From Vicugna vicugna (taxonomy: Eukaryota), in assembly GCA_013265495.1 (NCBI GenBank), contig MU058844.1:1246941-1310940 (forward strand): 64,000 bases of DNA, written 5' to 3'. Position numbers and translations under genes: made by a program. Below the pieces are notes generated by a model, which was not told the DNA's origin, did no database searches, and saw nothing but the letters and a program-made list of their open reading frames with translations. This document shows positions 52,415-63,640 of this stretch, piece after piece (position 1 is the stretch's first letter; each line of letters begins with the position of its first letter).

Positions 52415-53365
52415 CTCTGTTAGTCAGCTGTAAGTGCTGTACAGTCCCAATGTCTCAGTGGCTTAATGAAGGTTATTTCTTATTCATATTGTATTAGTTA
52501 TCTATTGCATGGCAGCAAACGACCCCAAAACTTAGCAGTTTAAAACAACAAACGTGTATTAATCTCACACAGTTTCTGAGAGTCGAGAATCCAAGAGCAG
52601 CCTAGCTGGGTGAGCCTAGCTCAGCGTCTCTCACATCTTGTATTCAGACTATCTGCTGGAGTTGCAGGTATTTGAAGGATCCACTGGGGTTAGCTAGAAT
52701 GCTTTTCCAAGCTCACTCACCTGATTACTGACAGGCCTCCACTCCTCGCTGGCTGTTGGAGGTCTCTGTTCCTTACCATGTGGGCATCTCCACAGGCATG
52801 GAAGCTGGCCTCCCCTCCAGAAAGAGTAGTGAGACAGAATGAAAATGAGTGAGAGACCACTCAAAGCAGAGGTTACAGTCTTATAACCTAATCTCAGAAG
52901 TGACAGGCCATCGCTTCCGTCATATGCTACTGAAGATAAATACACAAGGGTATGAACACCAGGAGACATGACCACTGAAGGCTGGCTACCACACAATGAA
53001 TGTGTGACATAGTCTACTGTGAGTCATTGGTCAGGGGAGATAGATTGGAGCCGAGAATCTGCTCCACACAGTTTTATTCCAAGACCCCACCTCCTCCCAT
53101 TTAGTGGCTCCTCCTTATGCCCTTGGCATTCTCAGCCTGATCATCTTCATCTTCCCAGGAGGTCAGGAGTGAGGAAAAGCACTAGTATGAGGGTTGCCCA
53201 GCAGATCCTAGTGGCCAGACTTGAATGTTGTGCACATTACTTTGGCACACATTCCTGTAACCAGAAATCACCTAATTACAGGGGGACTAGGAAATGTGTT
53301 CTAGACGTGACCTTGGATTAAAAGGAAATGGGATTTGGTGAATGTATAGCAGGCACTCTGCCACA
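52415..53365 (-). mobile_element. Older MLT1 LTR split by a nested MLT1
   Basis: Start 'cccaatgtctcagtggcttaa...aggttatttcttattcat'. End 'ggggactaggaaatgtg...ggatttggtgaatgtatagc...ctctgccaca'. Confidence 0.7.
52489..52993 (-). mobile_element. MLT1F-like solo LTR, nested
   Basis: 'tgtattagttatctattgc...accccaaaacttagcagtttaaaacaacaaac...tctcacacagtttctgag...aggctggctaccaca'. Confidence 0.85.
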
Positions 53366-55544
53366 CCCTCTATTTGGAAAGAGATTGTACATTTAAACGG
53401 CTTTATTTAAAAAAAAATGTTCAGTTTTAACAACAAATATGATTGCCTGCCACTCTGTGACAAAGCAACTGATTGATTGCATATTTTCACCTTTTCAATG
53501 TATTGTAAATGCAGCCCCTATTTAAAGGGTCAGCAAGCAGGTGGTGGAGAGCAGTTCCTGAACCATTAAGTTTGCTGCTTTTTCAGGAATACTATTAGGA
53601 TGCTGGCAGAAACAAGTCTTGCCTTGTTTCCCAAGTGGGGAAAGAAGAAAGTCTTTGTTCCCAAGCAAATGAAAATACAAATCACAAGACTAAAATTATG
53701 TATGCAAAACAATATATTAAAATGTGGCTTGTGTGTAGTATTTGCATGCATTTTAATACACATCTGTCATTCCCTTTGCTAGATTCAGTAGGCACTGAAA
53801 ATACTAAGCAACTGAGTACACTTAATAATTAGAGGAATTGTTTTGAAATATATTTTAACCCATTCACGTTCCTATTGCCAAACCTCTTGGTCTTTAAGGG
53901 CTCTGAGATGTCAAATCAGATCATTTTATTGATCAGATCTTAGATTTATGTGGCCTAAGAATTCACCAAAATATTTTTCATAAGCTGACGTGGTGACACT
54001 CAAAAGATTGGAAAGACTAAAATTATTCCTAGGTTGGAAAAAATCTCAAATCCAAATTTGAAAGCTGGAAAAAGCTGTAGAGATCCTCTGGATTAGATAT
54101 CCCCACCTCTCCTACTCGTTTTGAAGGCTGGCTGTATTTATTTCCAAAGAATTCATGAGAAATTTAAGACCACTTTTTCCAAAACCCCAATTGGCTAAGC
54201 CTGCTGGTCCAGTTATCTCTGCAGCTGAAGTTTTCAGAATCGGTTTTGCCCTTGCCTAGGGTTTGTTTGCCTGGCTTTCTAGTTGAACAAACCCCCAAAA
54301 GAGAAAATCACTTTTAGAGCTGTAGCAAAAATGAACCAAATTTCAATCACCTGGAGAATCCTTGCTCTCTGCACTTCGAGGCTTCTGGACCAGAGAAGAA
54401 GACTGTATTTCATGAGAACCCAGCTCTAAGTCATAAACTTGAAATACATCAAGCTCTTTGTTGTTAATTGGCACTTACCTCACCTGAAGGCTTTTGCCAA
54501 GAAGAGCAGAGGGTTTTAATGGGGAAGGAAGAAAGGAAAGAGCCTGGGGCTCTGCAAAATAGTCCCTGCCACATGTGATTTTTTTAGCTGAGGGGCTTCC
54601 CACCCCCCAGTATGCTAGAGCAACAAAGTGGCCTATGTGCTTTCTCAGACCTCGGCTGTTTGTTTGGGGGGTAATGCTCAGACTGGGGCATGAGTGATAA
54701 CTGCTTCGCGTAATTACGAAGACAGCTTGAAAACTATGCCCCTCTTTGTTTTGGCCTCCAGATGACGGCTGTGTAACTGCTGTTTGTGCCAGTTTTATTT
54801 CAAAGCGCTTTTCTTTCCATATTTCAAAGGTCAGTGTGTTTACTGGTGGCCAAAAAGAGCCTGTGTGTGAGAGAAAGAAACACATGTGGTCGAGCAGCAG
54901 GACTGGATGAGAAGTCAGAACTGGATTCAGGTCCTAGACTGGCTTCTAGATCAGTGAGAGAGCTGAAATTATTTGACCTCCCCTTCTTCATTACTATAGA
55001 AAGGAGGGGAAGGAAGTGGTATTATCAGTGGTCTCATTTAGGAAAAACAAAACAAAACAAAAATTCTAGAAGTCTGGTTCAGGAAGAAGAAATGTAGGTA
55101 TTTCCAGTAAAGAAACATCATCAAATATATAGCCAAGAAAATGTCAACTTCATCTTATCAAAATGGAAATATTCCTCCCTTCAAAGAAGGTAGGCTGGAT
55201 GGTCTGGCTACCCTTGGAAATCTTGAGACTGTGTTCCGTGAAGGAATATTAGCACAAGGAAATAAAGCAAACACCAAACACTTTCTCAGGAGTCTCCATT
55301 GGCTTTCTGACATCACTACTTAGAACATCAAAGCTGATCAGACTGAGTTACTTGCCCTTTTATAAAACATTAGTGTTTCTATTATGAATATTTGAAAACA
55401 GCATCAAATTTCAATGACGCAGGTGCCATACTTATTTCAAATGTCCTTTGTGATTCATTTTCTTCGAATCTGTGTTTCCACATCCATCTTCGCTCAGTTT
55501 TCTATACGTTGTGGCCCTGGGGAAAGGAGGTGAACGAGCTGCAG

Positions 55545-55778
55545 AAGGGGTAGAAAGCATGCATTCTGAAAGTAGGTTTACCTGGGTTCACATCTTAGTG
55601 TTGCCACTATTAGCTGTGTGACTCTGCATAATTTACTTAACCTCTCTGTGCCTCAGTTTCCTTGTCTACTAATCCAAGTACTCACTTCCTGCTGCTGTGA
55701 GGATTAAGTGGATTGACACGTGTGAGACATACAGAGCAGTGCTGGCATTTAGCAAGCATTCAAATGTTAGCTAATCAT
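55545..55778 (+). mobile_element. MIR
   Basis: 'cctgggttcacatc...tagctgtgtgactctgcataatttacttaacctctctgtgcctcagtttcc'. Confidence 0.9.
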
Positions 55779-56184
55779 GAAAAACACTCCCTCTTTCTGG
55801 AATGAATTTTACATTTGGAAAACATCTCCTCTTTTGTGCCACCATTTCTCTTCTTGAATCAATCCACCTACACCTGCAGAAATAAAAAAGTAAATTTGCA
55901 AATGCCAAGGGAACAGTGCCTGTGTTGTAAAAGGGAGGAGAAGGTAAAATAGAAAAAGAGAACAAATGAAATGTCTAAAACTTAATCTTCCAGTGACTGT
56001 GAATTTCCAGCCTCCTTTGAAGTAAGGACACTCTCTACTTTAAGTTTGTACAAGACAAACGGAATTCTCACTACTTGACCAGGAAAAGGCATGGCAGCAC
56101 TTGCCTGTGACTAAAGAAGGGATGGAAGGGGAAGGGAGGCAGCACTCAAAAAGGGGGAACTAAACTACACTGAAGACCTTGGTT

Positions 56185-56380
56185 AGGCCTTTCATTTTTA
56201 TCGAATTTATTCCATTAGTTGAATATTACTATTTTCATTTTACAATCAAAGAAAATAGTATTCAGGAAAGTTAAGTGACTTTTCAAAGTCTATTCAGCCA
56301 GTCATTGGTGTTGCTAAGATTTAAACTAACTTCTGTTGGATGCCAGGACCCCTGCTTTTGATTCCTTTCTACATCTCCTT
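56185..56380 (-). mobile_element. MIR
   Basis: 'cattttacaatcaaagaaaatagtattcaggaaagttaagtgacttttcaaagtc'. Confidence 0.7.
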
Positions 56381-56599
56381 TGGCAGGATTCCACTTGGAC
56401 AGGGCTCTGGGGGGGTCACAAGCGGTGCAGACTGAAACCAGACTCCAGGTGATCTGCTACCATATGCATAATATTAGCAGGAGCTTCTCGTATTTTTTTT
56501 TCCTAAACCTTTATCTACCCTCGTTCATATGAAGTAGACTCATGGGGGTCTTTGTAGCAAACCACGTAATTTTAGGCATCAAGTGAGAGGAACCTTTGG

Positions 56600-57308
56600 G
56601 AAACTAATTTCCTTTTCACTGCTTAAGTCAGGACTTCCTCCAAGGTCACAGCCTTTCCTGACCTCCCTTTTCAGCGTCCTCAGCGCCTCTTCAGGTGTTG
56701 AGATCGGGCTGACTTCCCCCGGGTGTTCATGGGAGACAGTGCCGCGCATGCGCAGAAGTTCCCGCGCGGCGTCCGGCGCGCAGATCCAGCGCCGGAGCCC
56801 GCTTGTTGCGGGGGCGGCGAGACCCGCGTAAGGCGCAGGAGAGTCTGTGAAGCACGGTGACGGCAGGCGGGTTAACATAGGATGCCTTTGAGATCAGCCC
56901 TGGATCAGCGACCACCGGAAATCTCGGCTCCTGGAAGGCCTGCCTGGAGGCTAAGGAAGGTTCCAGAAGAGAAGCGGCCTGACGAGAGGAGAGGCTCCTA
57001 CCTCAGCACAGCCCCCTGGCCGGTGTTCCTGAAGGACCTGAGCCCGGTTTCAGGGGGCACAATGGCACGAGCTGCCAGCAGAAGCTTCTCCCAGGTTCTC
57101 TTGGCGTGTGTGAGGTAATGCCCTCACTTTTCCTTTTGTAGGCGTACTGTTCCACTTGGTCGTCAAGGTTGATGCGTAAGTGGGTTCCTGCCGCAAGGAA
57201 TTTGAGGACATCCTCCTCCTTCATTTGCAGGACATCCAGGGCTGAAAGTTTCCCTATAAGTTATGAGGGGAAGCCGTATGGACTCCTCTTTGGGTAGCCC
57301 GGGAAAGC
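56600..57308 (-). pseudogene. RPSA: RPSA (40S ribosomal protein SA/uS2, laminin receptor) processed pseudogene, intronless and frameshifted
   Basis: Minus-strand peptides [59 protein letters not shown] and ARELLRMRGTVSHEHPGEV run colinear with RPSA without introns. The RPSA-like 5'UTR 'gtccatacggc...taacttatagggaaactttca' is present. The start ATG appears deleted and the C-terminal coding part is missing after about 56632. Confidence 0.97.
56675..57000. promoter_or_regulatory. CpG-island-like patch and candidate promoter inside the RPSA retrocopy
   Basis: 24 CpGs in 56701-56880 by hand count. NRF1 CGCGCATGCGCA 56743-56754, E2F-like TTCCCGCGC 56759-56767, ETS ACCGGAAAT 56914-56922. Confidence 0.6.
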
Positions 57309-58499
57309 GCAAAACTTTTTTGTGGAGATGAGGAGAGTTTTGGGCACGTGAATTCCTTCTTGGTCATGACCTTCACACCCCTCCCGTACTTTATTGCCTT
57401 AAAGCAAGTATGGCTCACATTGGTAAGAATAAGATAAAGAAGCCCGGGTTATTTTTTTCTGCATCTAATTATTTCATCAGATTCAGCCAGGTTTTCTAAA
57501 CCTGTTTGTGTGTGTTTAGACATACGGTGTAAGTAATTTGTGAGCATTTACTGAGAAGTCTTATCCAAATTCCTTTTAAGAAAGATGCCAGGACCTCATT
57601 CTCAATTCTGTTACTGAAGCTGTGTTTTTTTTAATTTTAGAATTGAAGCACTAAAGCTAAACACGAATATGGATTTCACTTTCAATAAAAATCACTGGCT
57701 GGTAAAGCCCAAATTAGAGTAGAGTATTGGAAATCAAGCTGCCTTTTTCTATTAGAACTAACAAAAGCTGTTTCATTTTCCAAATCCAAAGTTCTAGATG
57801 CTGAAATACTATTTGTAGGAAATGCTAGACATTATTAAAAATGCAGATAGTTGTCACCAGCTGGCATGTTTTCTTGTGGTTGCCAGCATGTTTTAACGGC
57901 AAATCTAAGGACAGGTGCACATAATACATCGACTTTTTAATCAAAGAACAAAGTATAGGGAGGAGACATGAAATGCTCCAAAGTGTTTAGGGAAAATAAT
58001 GCTTCCTCTAGACACTTGGCAGTGACTTCATTGTTAGGGAAAAAAGCTGTCTAAAACACATCTCTTTCCTTATTATCTCTTCTTACCTACTTATATTTCC
58101 CTTCTGTCTATAGTTCTCCATCTTAAAATAACAACTATAATAGTAATAATAACAACAAAAACTTTGGCTTGGTGTGTCCTTTAGTCCCTATCTGAAAAAG
58201 AGATTTTTAACCTGGACTCCATATAATCCTTTACATGTATTTTTCTAATGATATTTTTTCTAGGAATTAGGTTTATAGCTTTCATAAACATATAAATAAT
58301 TTATAACCTTCCCAAAGAAGTTAAGCCAAAAAGAAAAAGCAAACAAACACTGAAGAAATACATGGTACCATCTTAATCCATCACTCTTGTACAAACATTT
58401 TGTTTCAGCTGGGTTTTTGATAAAAGCTAAAGAGTAGTGAATTCAAAGTTAAATTTTCTGTCAGAAAAGATACGATGCTGCTCATTACTCTGGATATTG

Positions 58500-59135
58500 T
58501 AAAGAGATGAAATCAACTCACATACCCTGCTCTCCACTTCAGCTCAGACTCATCCTCCCTCCAAAACCATTTCCATTTCACTGTGGTGTCATGACCTCCC
58601 CATTCTCTTAGGCACCCTTGCTTGAGATCTCAGTTATCTGGAAGTCTTTCCTGACCTTTAGCTCTCTGTCTAATCAGTTCGCAGTCCTCTCAGGTCACCT
58701 TCAGAAATCTCTTACATACAGCTCTTCCTTTCAGTTGTTAAAAACCAGCATCATTTGCCCTTGGTGTTTTTTTACCACTAACTGAACACTAGGATTACAC
58801 AAGGAGGTTTTTATTTTATACTGAGCTTTGATTCCAGATCCTGAAAGTCTTGTATAACTACTCTGGGGAAAACCTAGGCATCTGAATTTCTTTAAAGCTC
58901 CTTAGGGTGTGGCCAGTGGCCAAGTGCTGAGAGTCACTTGATGACCCTATCTTATTTGACTATTTTTCACTATTCTAGCTATTTTACCTTCTAGCTGGTG
59001 ATCTTGTCCAGTCTTGCTCCTCTCCACCTTATTCTGTATTATTTTCCTCTCCCCGCGATTGATCTTCTCAGCATCTTAATCTCCTCATGTGTTTCTTTGA
59101 TCAGGAAACCTTGTTACTTTCCATTGCCTGTCTGT
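58500..59135 (+). mobile_element. L2 fragments with an intervening MER5-type MITE (about 58770-58940)
   Basis: 'gtctaatcagttcgcagtcctctcaggtcaccttcagaaatctc'. MER5-like 'cctaggcatctgaatttctttaaagctcc...gctgagagtcact'. Confidence 0.55.
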
Positions 59136-60239
59136 AGAGGCACTTAGATAGATCTGCAGGGCCTTAGGGGTTCCCCAGAATCCCCTGGGACCTCTGACTG
59201 GGAGTAGATGAAAGGGTAATGCTCCTCAGGCTCTCCCTCCACTAGTTTTGCCAACAGGACCCTCCAAGATAAAGTGACCCAACTTGCCTAAAGCCATGAT
59301 CAGTTAATGGCAGAGATGGGTCAAGAACCCAAATCCCCTTACCCTTGACCCCTTTCTCAAATTCAGAATGCTGCCAATTGGTGATGAAAGTCAGTGCTGG
59401 ACCTTTGCCATTTTTCTCCATCTGCTACCTCTGTTCTGCAAGCTTGGCTTTCCTCTGTTTGGAACATCTTCAGCAGGTATATCTATGTCTTCAGGAAAAT
59501 CAGATGTGACTGAAAAATCTGACTAGTCCAATTTGTCATGACTTGTTGACAGCAGCCCTGGGAGCTGTGGGACCAGTAACACTGGGGCCCTGATGCCATG
59601 CCTGTCAACCTAATGGCCCAGTATTTAAACACAGTCTGTTCTGCTTTCACCTCAGAGCCTGTCTGTGTTGCTTTATAGTAAACAGTTAACTTTAGGACAA
59701 GCTCTATAGGTTATCCAGATAGCAGCTTATCTGTGAGTCAAAGAAAACTGAGTGGCCAACCTGTCCCAAAATAGTTTCCTTACCCACTTCACACATTACC
59801 TGAAGTTCTCAATTTTGTTCAGTTCTCCTGGTAATAAGGCAATCTTCATTTTGTAAAATGCAAATGTGATATCCCCAAAGCATAATAACATTAACTTATT
59901 AGCATTCATTACTATCCTAAACCAGAGATGCTTTTATATATGTATATGGTCACCTGGTTCAGAGCAAAGTCCTAAAGGAATGGAATTAGTGTGGGTAAAA
60001 GTTGATTGATGAAGGTGGATGTGGAGGGGAGCAGAGAATAAAAATCTTGGGTGAGGTGTTATAGAAGGAACCTGGGCTTTAATGAGAGAGTAAAATGGAG
60101 AGAGAGTGCCAGAGAATAAGTTCTGCCTGATTCCCAGTTTTGCCAAATTCAGCATTTTCCCCAGAGTTCTCCTTGGTTATCTCCCGTTCTTTATTGATTT
60201 TGCCTGGTATTGGCTGAAATACTGAAAATTTGGAAAGGA

Positions 60240-60505
60240 TAATAATAATCACAATAGCTAACATTTATTGAGCACTAACTGTGTAACACATTGCTTGAAG
60301 GATTCTATGTACATAAATTTATTTCATCCTTCCCCCATCAACATTTGGAGATTAGGTGTCATCAACAGTCCCATTTCACAGATGATGAAACTGAGGCTCA
60401 ACTGTTTGAAGAAATTCCTTAAGCTCATTCAGCAAGTACATGGTGGAATCAAGATTCCAACCCAAGCAGTCTGGCTCCAAAGCCTGTATTCTTAATCCCT
60501 GTGAT
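60240..60505 (-). mobile_element. MIR, near full length
   Basis: 'aatagctaacatttattgagcactaactgtgt...cccatttcacagatgatgaaactgaggctca...gattccaacccaagcagtctggctccaaagcc'. Confidence 0.92.
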
Positions 60506-62384
60506 CTGTCTCTCAAAATCACAGCATTTGTAAGCAAATGGTAGGATTAATCTTCAGTTGTAGACAGTCTGATTCCAGCTTATTCCACCATAATGCCTCT
60601 TAGGCTGGAATGGATTTTTCAAATACATCAAAGCTTTACAGTCATGGAGACTCCAGTGGTCCAGAAAGTTTCTTGGTTTAGGGTCTTCCTAAAGTCATAG
60701 CAGTCTGGTGTCTTAATAACAGTGCTCTATTGTTTTAATATAAAATGCCAGTCTGACAAAGGTAGTTGAATGTAAACCTCACAAAATGGGCAAAATCCCT
60801 GCCCAGCTCTTACTGTCCTAGACTGAAATGGAGAATTCAAGCAAAATAACTTCTTGTCTCTATAAAAGGTCACTGAAATAAAAATTGGCTAATATTTCTC
60901 CTTCTATATAACCAAACACTGCTAGTATCCAGGGAACATCAAAGATAAACCTGAAATCTTGGGTTTAGGAAATCACTGCACCACTTTTGGTTGTATTTTG
61001 CAACGCCCTCTGAAGGGCTTTTTGAATATTATCTAATGAGTTCTCATAGACATTAAGTCAAGTTTTTATCCCGTGGAGTGAGTGCCATCTTCCCACTAAG
61101 AACTTCTTGGAAATAAAGCAGATGGCAGGTGTCAGATTAATGTAAAAATGTGGCTTGCTCAATTCATCCCCTCCCCTCTAATCATGTAATGAGTTCTGGG
61201 AAAATGGTCCATTTGGGGGCTGGAAAAAAGAATAAAATGTGTTTTAGGCCAGTGCTACTGGAACTCAGCTTCTTGGTAATTCTCTGGGAGCTAAAACAAT
61301 GGAAACAGAATTGTTTAAGGAAGGGAGGTGGGAAGGAGCAGCAAGTTTACAGAATGTCAACTACAGGAGGTTCCATCTTTGAGATTCTTCCCTCTACTCA
61401 TAATCAGCTATTTTCATACTCAAATTATTTCTCCCTACTGTTCCGTAAATAAATGTGAGCCAAACAAAATCAAACAAATAAACAAAAATGCTCATTTTTG
61501 TCAGAAAAGGTTCTTTTCTGTTATTCTCCGGTTTTCAGGAGGGAAGTGCCTCACCTGCTCTCTTAATACATTTGACATATCTTTGCTTGAGAACGTCTTT
61601 CATTTCCATGGAATCCTTAAAGAAACAGTAAGACATTACAGCGAGAATTCCCAATCTTTTTCATGAAGAGAAGCTGCTTTTCATTTCCCCTAAAGTCAAG
61701 GGGTGGGGGTGGGGGGTTTTCAGCAGCTGTTTCATTCCTCCCAGGGGAAGCTGTCAACCCCCAGGCCACTGACTGGAGCTCTATCTAATCAGGCTTCCAG
61801 ATCTACCAGCAGATTCTCATCGACTGGTTGAGAACTCACCCATAAGATTCTTCCATTTGATGAGAAATGGAAAAACTTAAAAAAAAAAAAAAAGGCAATT
61901 ACTTGCTGTTTGACTTCCTCAGAACATGTTCTGAGCACCAGCTAAATTCATTTACCAGCAGATTCGGTCAAAACAGTGAAGTTGACGTAGTTTAGCCTCT
62001 GGCATTTCTTCTTCTTAGCTTTGTACCATCTTTGTATATACCCCAGACCAACTTTCAAGCTTCATGCTCTTGTTGCCCTAGGTAGAGTTCCAGACTTGCC
62101 ATCCTGATTGAATGGGACATCCAGCCAGGTTTTCACCCCTTGGAGTGCCATCTTCGTACTAAGGTAAGAACTCCTCTGGAAATAAAGCTCTAACTATAGG
62201 TCCTTACACTCTCCAGTGTTTGCTTTTAAACCGTTCAGATTTCTTGAATTTTCAGGGTGTAAACTGTGCTTCTGAGTTTGAGGAGATGTAATATGGAGAT
62301 GGAGAAACTGAATGGTCCAGGTAGCCATGCTGGGATGATTCCCTGGAATCAGATATGGAGGACAGTATGAGCATCAGAATTCAA

Positions 62385-62600
62385 CTCATAGAATGGCAGA
62401 ATTTAGAGTTAGAAGGAATATCCATGGATCATTTGATCCAGTCCAAACCCCTTGGATAGAATGACCTCATTTTACAGATGACACAGTAGAGGTCTGGAGA
62501 GACTAAAGGCCATATCTGAGGTTATCTTGTTATCTTTTAAGACTAGAAGATAGGGGATCCTAGGTCCCTTATCATCTGCCTCCTACTTTATGCTGTTTTA
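62385..62600 (-). mobile_element. MIR3/MIRc
   Basis: 'catagaatggcagaatttagagttagaagga...gatcatttgatcca...ctcattttacagatga'. Confidence 0.8.
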
Positions 62601-63640
62601 TGAATATTTAAAGGAATGTGTGATGCCAACAAGTAATGGCTCACTTACGAATGATGTTTGCAAGGGAGAGCAAAAGAATGGAATATTTACTAGTGCAACA
62701 TAGAAAGTCCTGTGATACCACCTTTCTGTTTCCTAGTCTAATTTGACTCCTTTAAGAATCTGGCCCAAACAATTAAAGAAGTGTCCTGTCACATAGTAAA
62801 TATTTATGGATTAATGGTTTAGATGCCTGACTTTATGGCATAGCATATTGTTTCTTATTCCATTTTTGTCAACTTTATTCCCTACCTATTCCTCTGTTAA
62901 AGCCTTCTCCTGTCCTCCTCCCGTTTGCCTCATGACTTGCCACCTTTGCTTGGTTTTTTGGTATTGCTTGGGCCTTTCCTCAATAGCTGAGTGATTCCTC
63001 AAAAGGTCAGATAGGTAACATTGTTTCTGGGTCAACCAGGCTTTACCTCCTATATGCTGCTGGTAGACGGCCCCCATTCAGTGAATAATAGACACTGGTG
63101 AGTGTTGAAGAACTTTTCTGGTGATAGTTGTTGTAATTACAGACTCCAGAGCCATATACAAATTGCATTCGTCATCACTGTAATAAAGATAGACAGGCTT
63201 TAAGAAGAATGAGAGAGAGAAGAAAACAGATAGTGAGGATTAGTTTGTGGAGTTCCCAGTTAGTGTGTGTCTTTGCAGCAACCCAGTAGTATCTGGAGTT
63301 CTAGATACAGAGTTGAAATACAGATTCTGCACTTGAACTATGCATTTTGAATTACTGCAGACAGAGACCAAGAATGTTCTGCAGTTGGTATAATAATACC
63401 CATTCCCACACAGACAAGTGTGGGAGAGGGAACCATATGGAACCTGAGAGGGAATGGCTGTATTTCAGAGAACCAGTGAATCAAGGAAAAGATACAAGTA
63501 GGATCAGGATATAGACATGTTTCTTAACCTCAGTAGCTGGCGTCCCCCAGTTGCTTTGTACAAAGCAAGAGCTTGTTTTAGATGATTGTTATTGTCTAAT
63601 ATTATTGTGAATTTATATTGTTCAGTATTATTGTAAATTT

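Noticed and set aside
57003..57224. 73-aa ORF starting [16 protein letters not shown] as a functional RPSA gene
   Set aside because: It shifts out of the RPSA frame after KSEGI, lacks the native start, and the rest is broken by indels. It is a pseudogene.
63100..63560. Possible Gypsy/ERVL-type ancient LTR remnant
   Set aside because: The resemblance is too vague to assign without a Dfam search.
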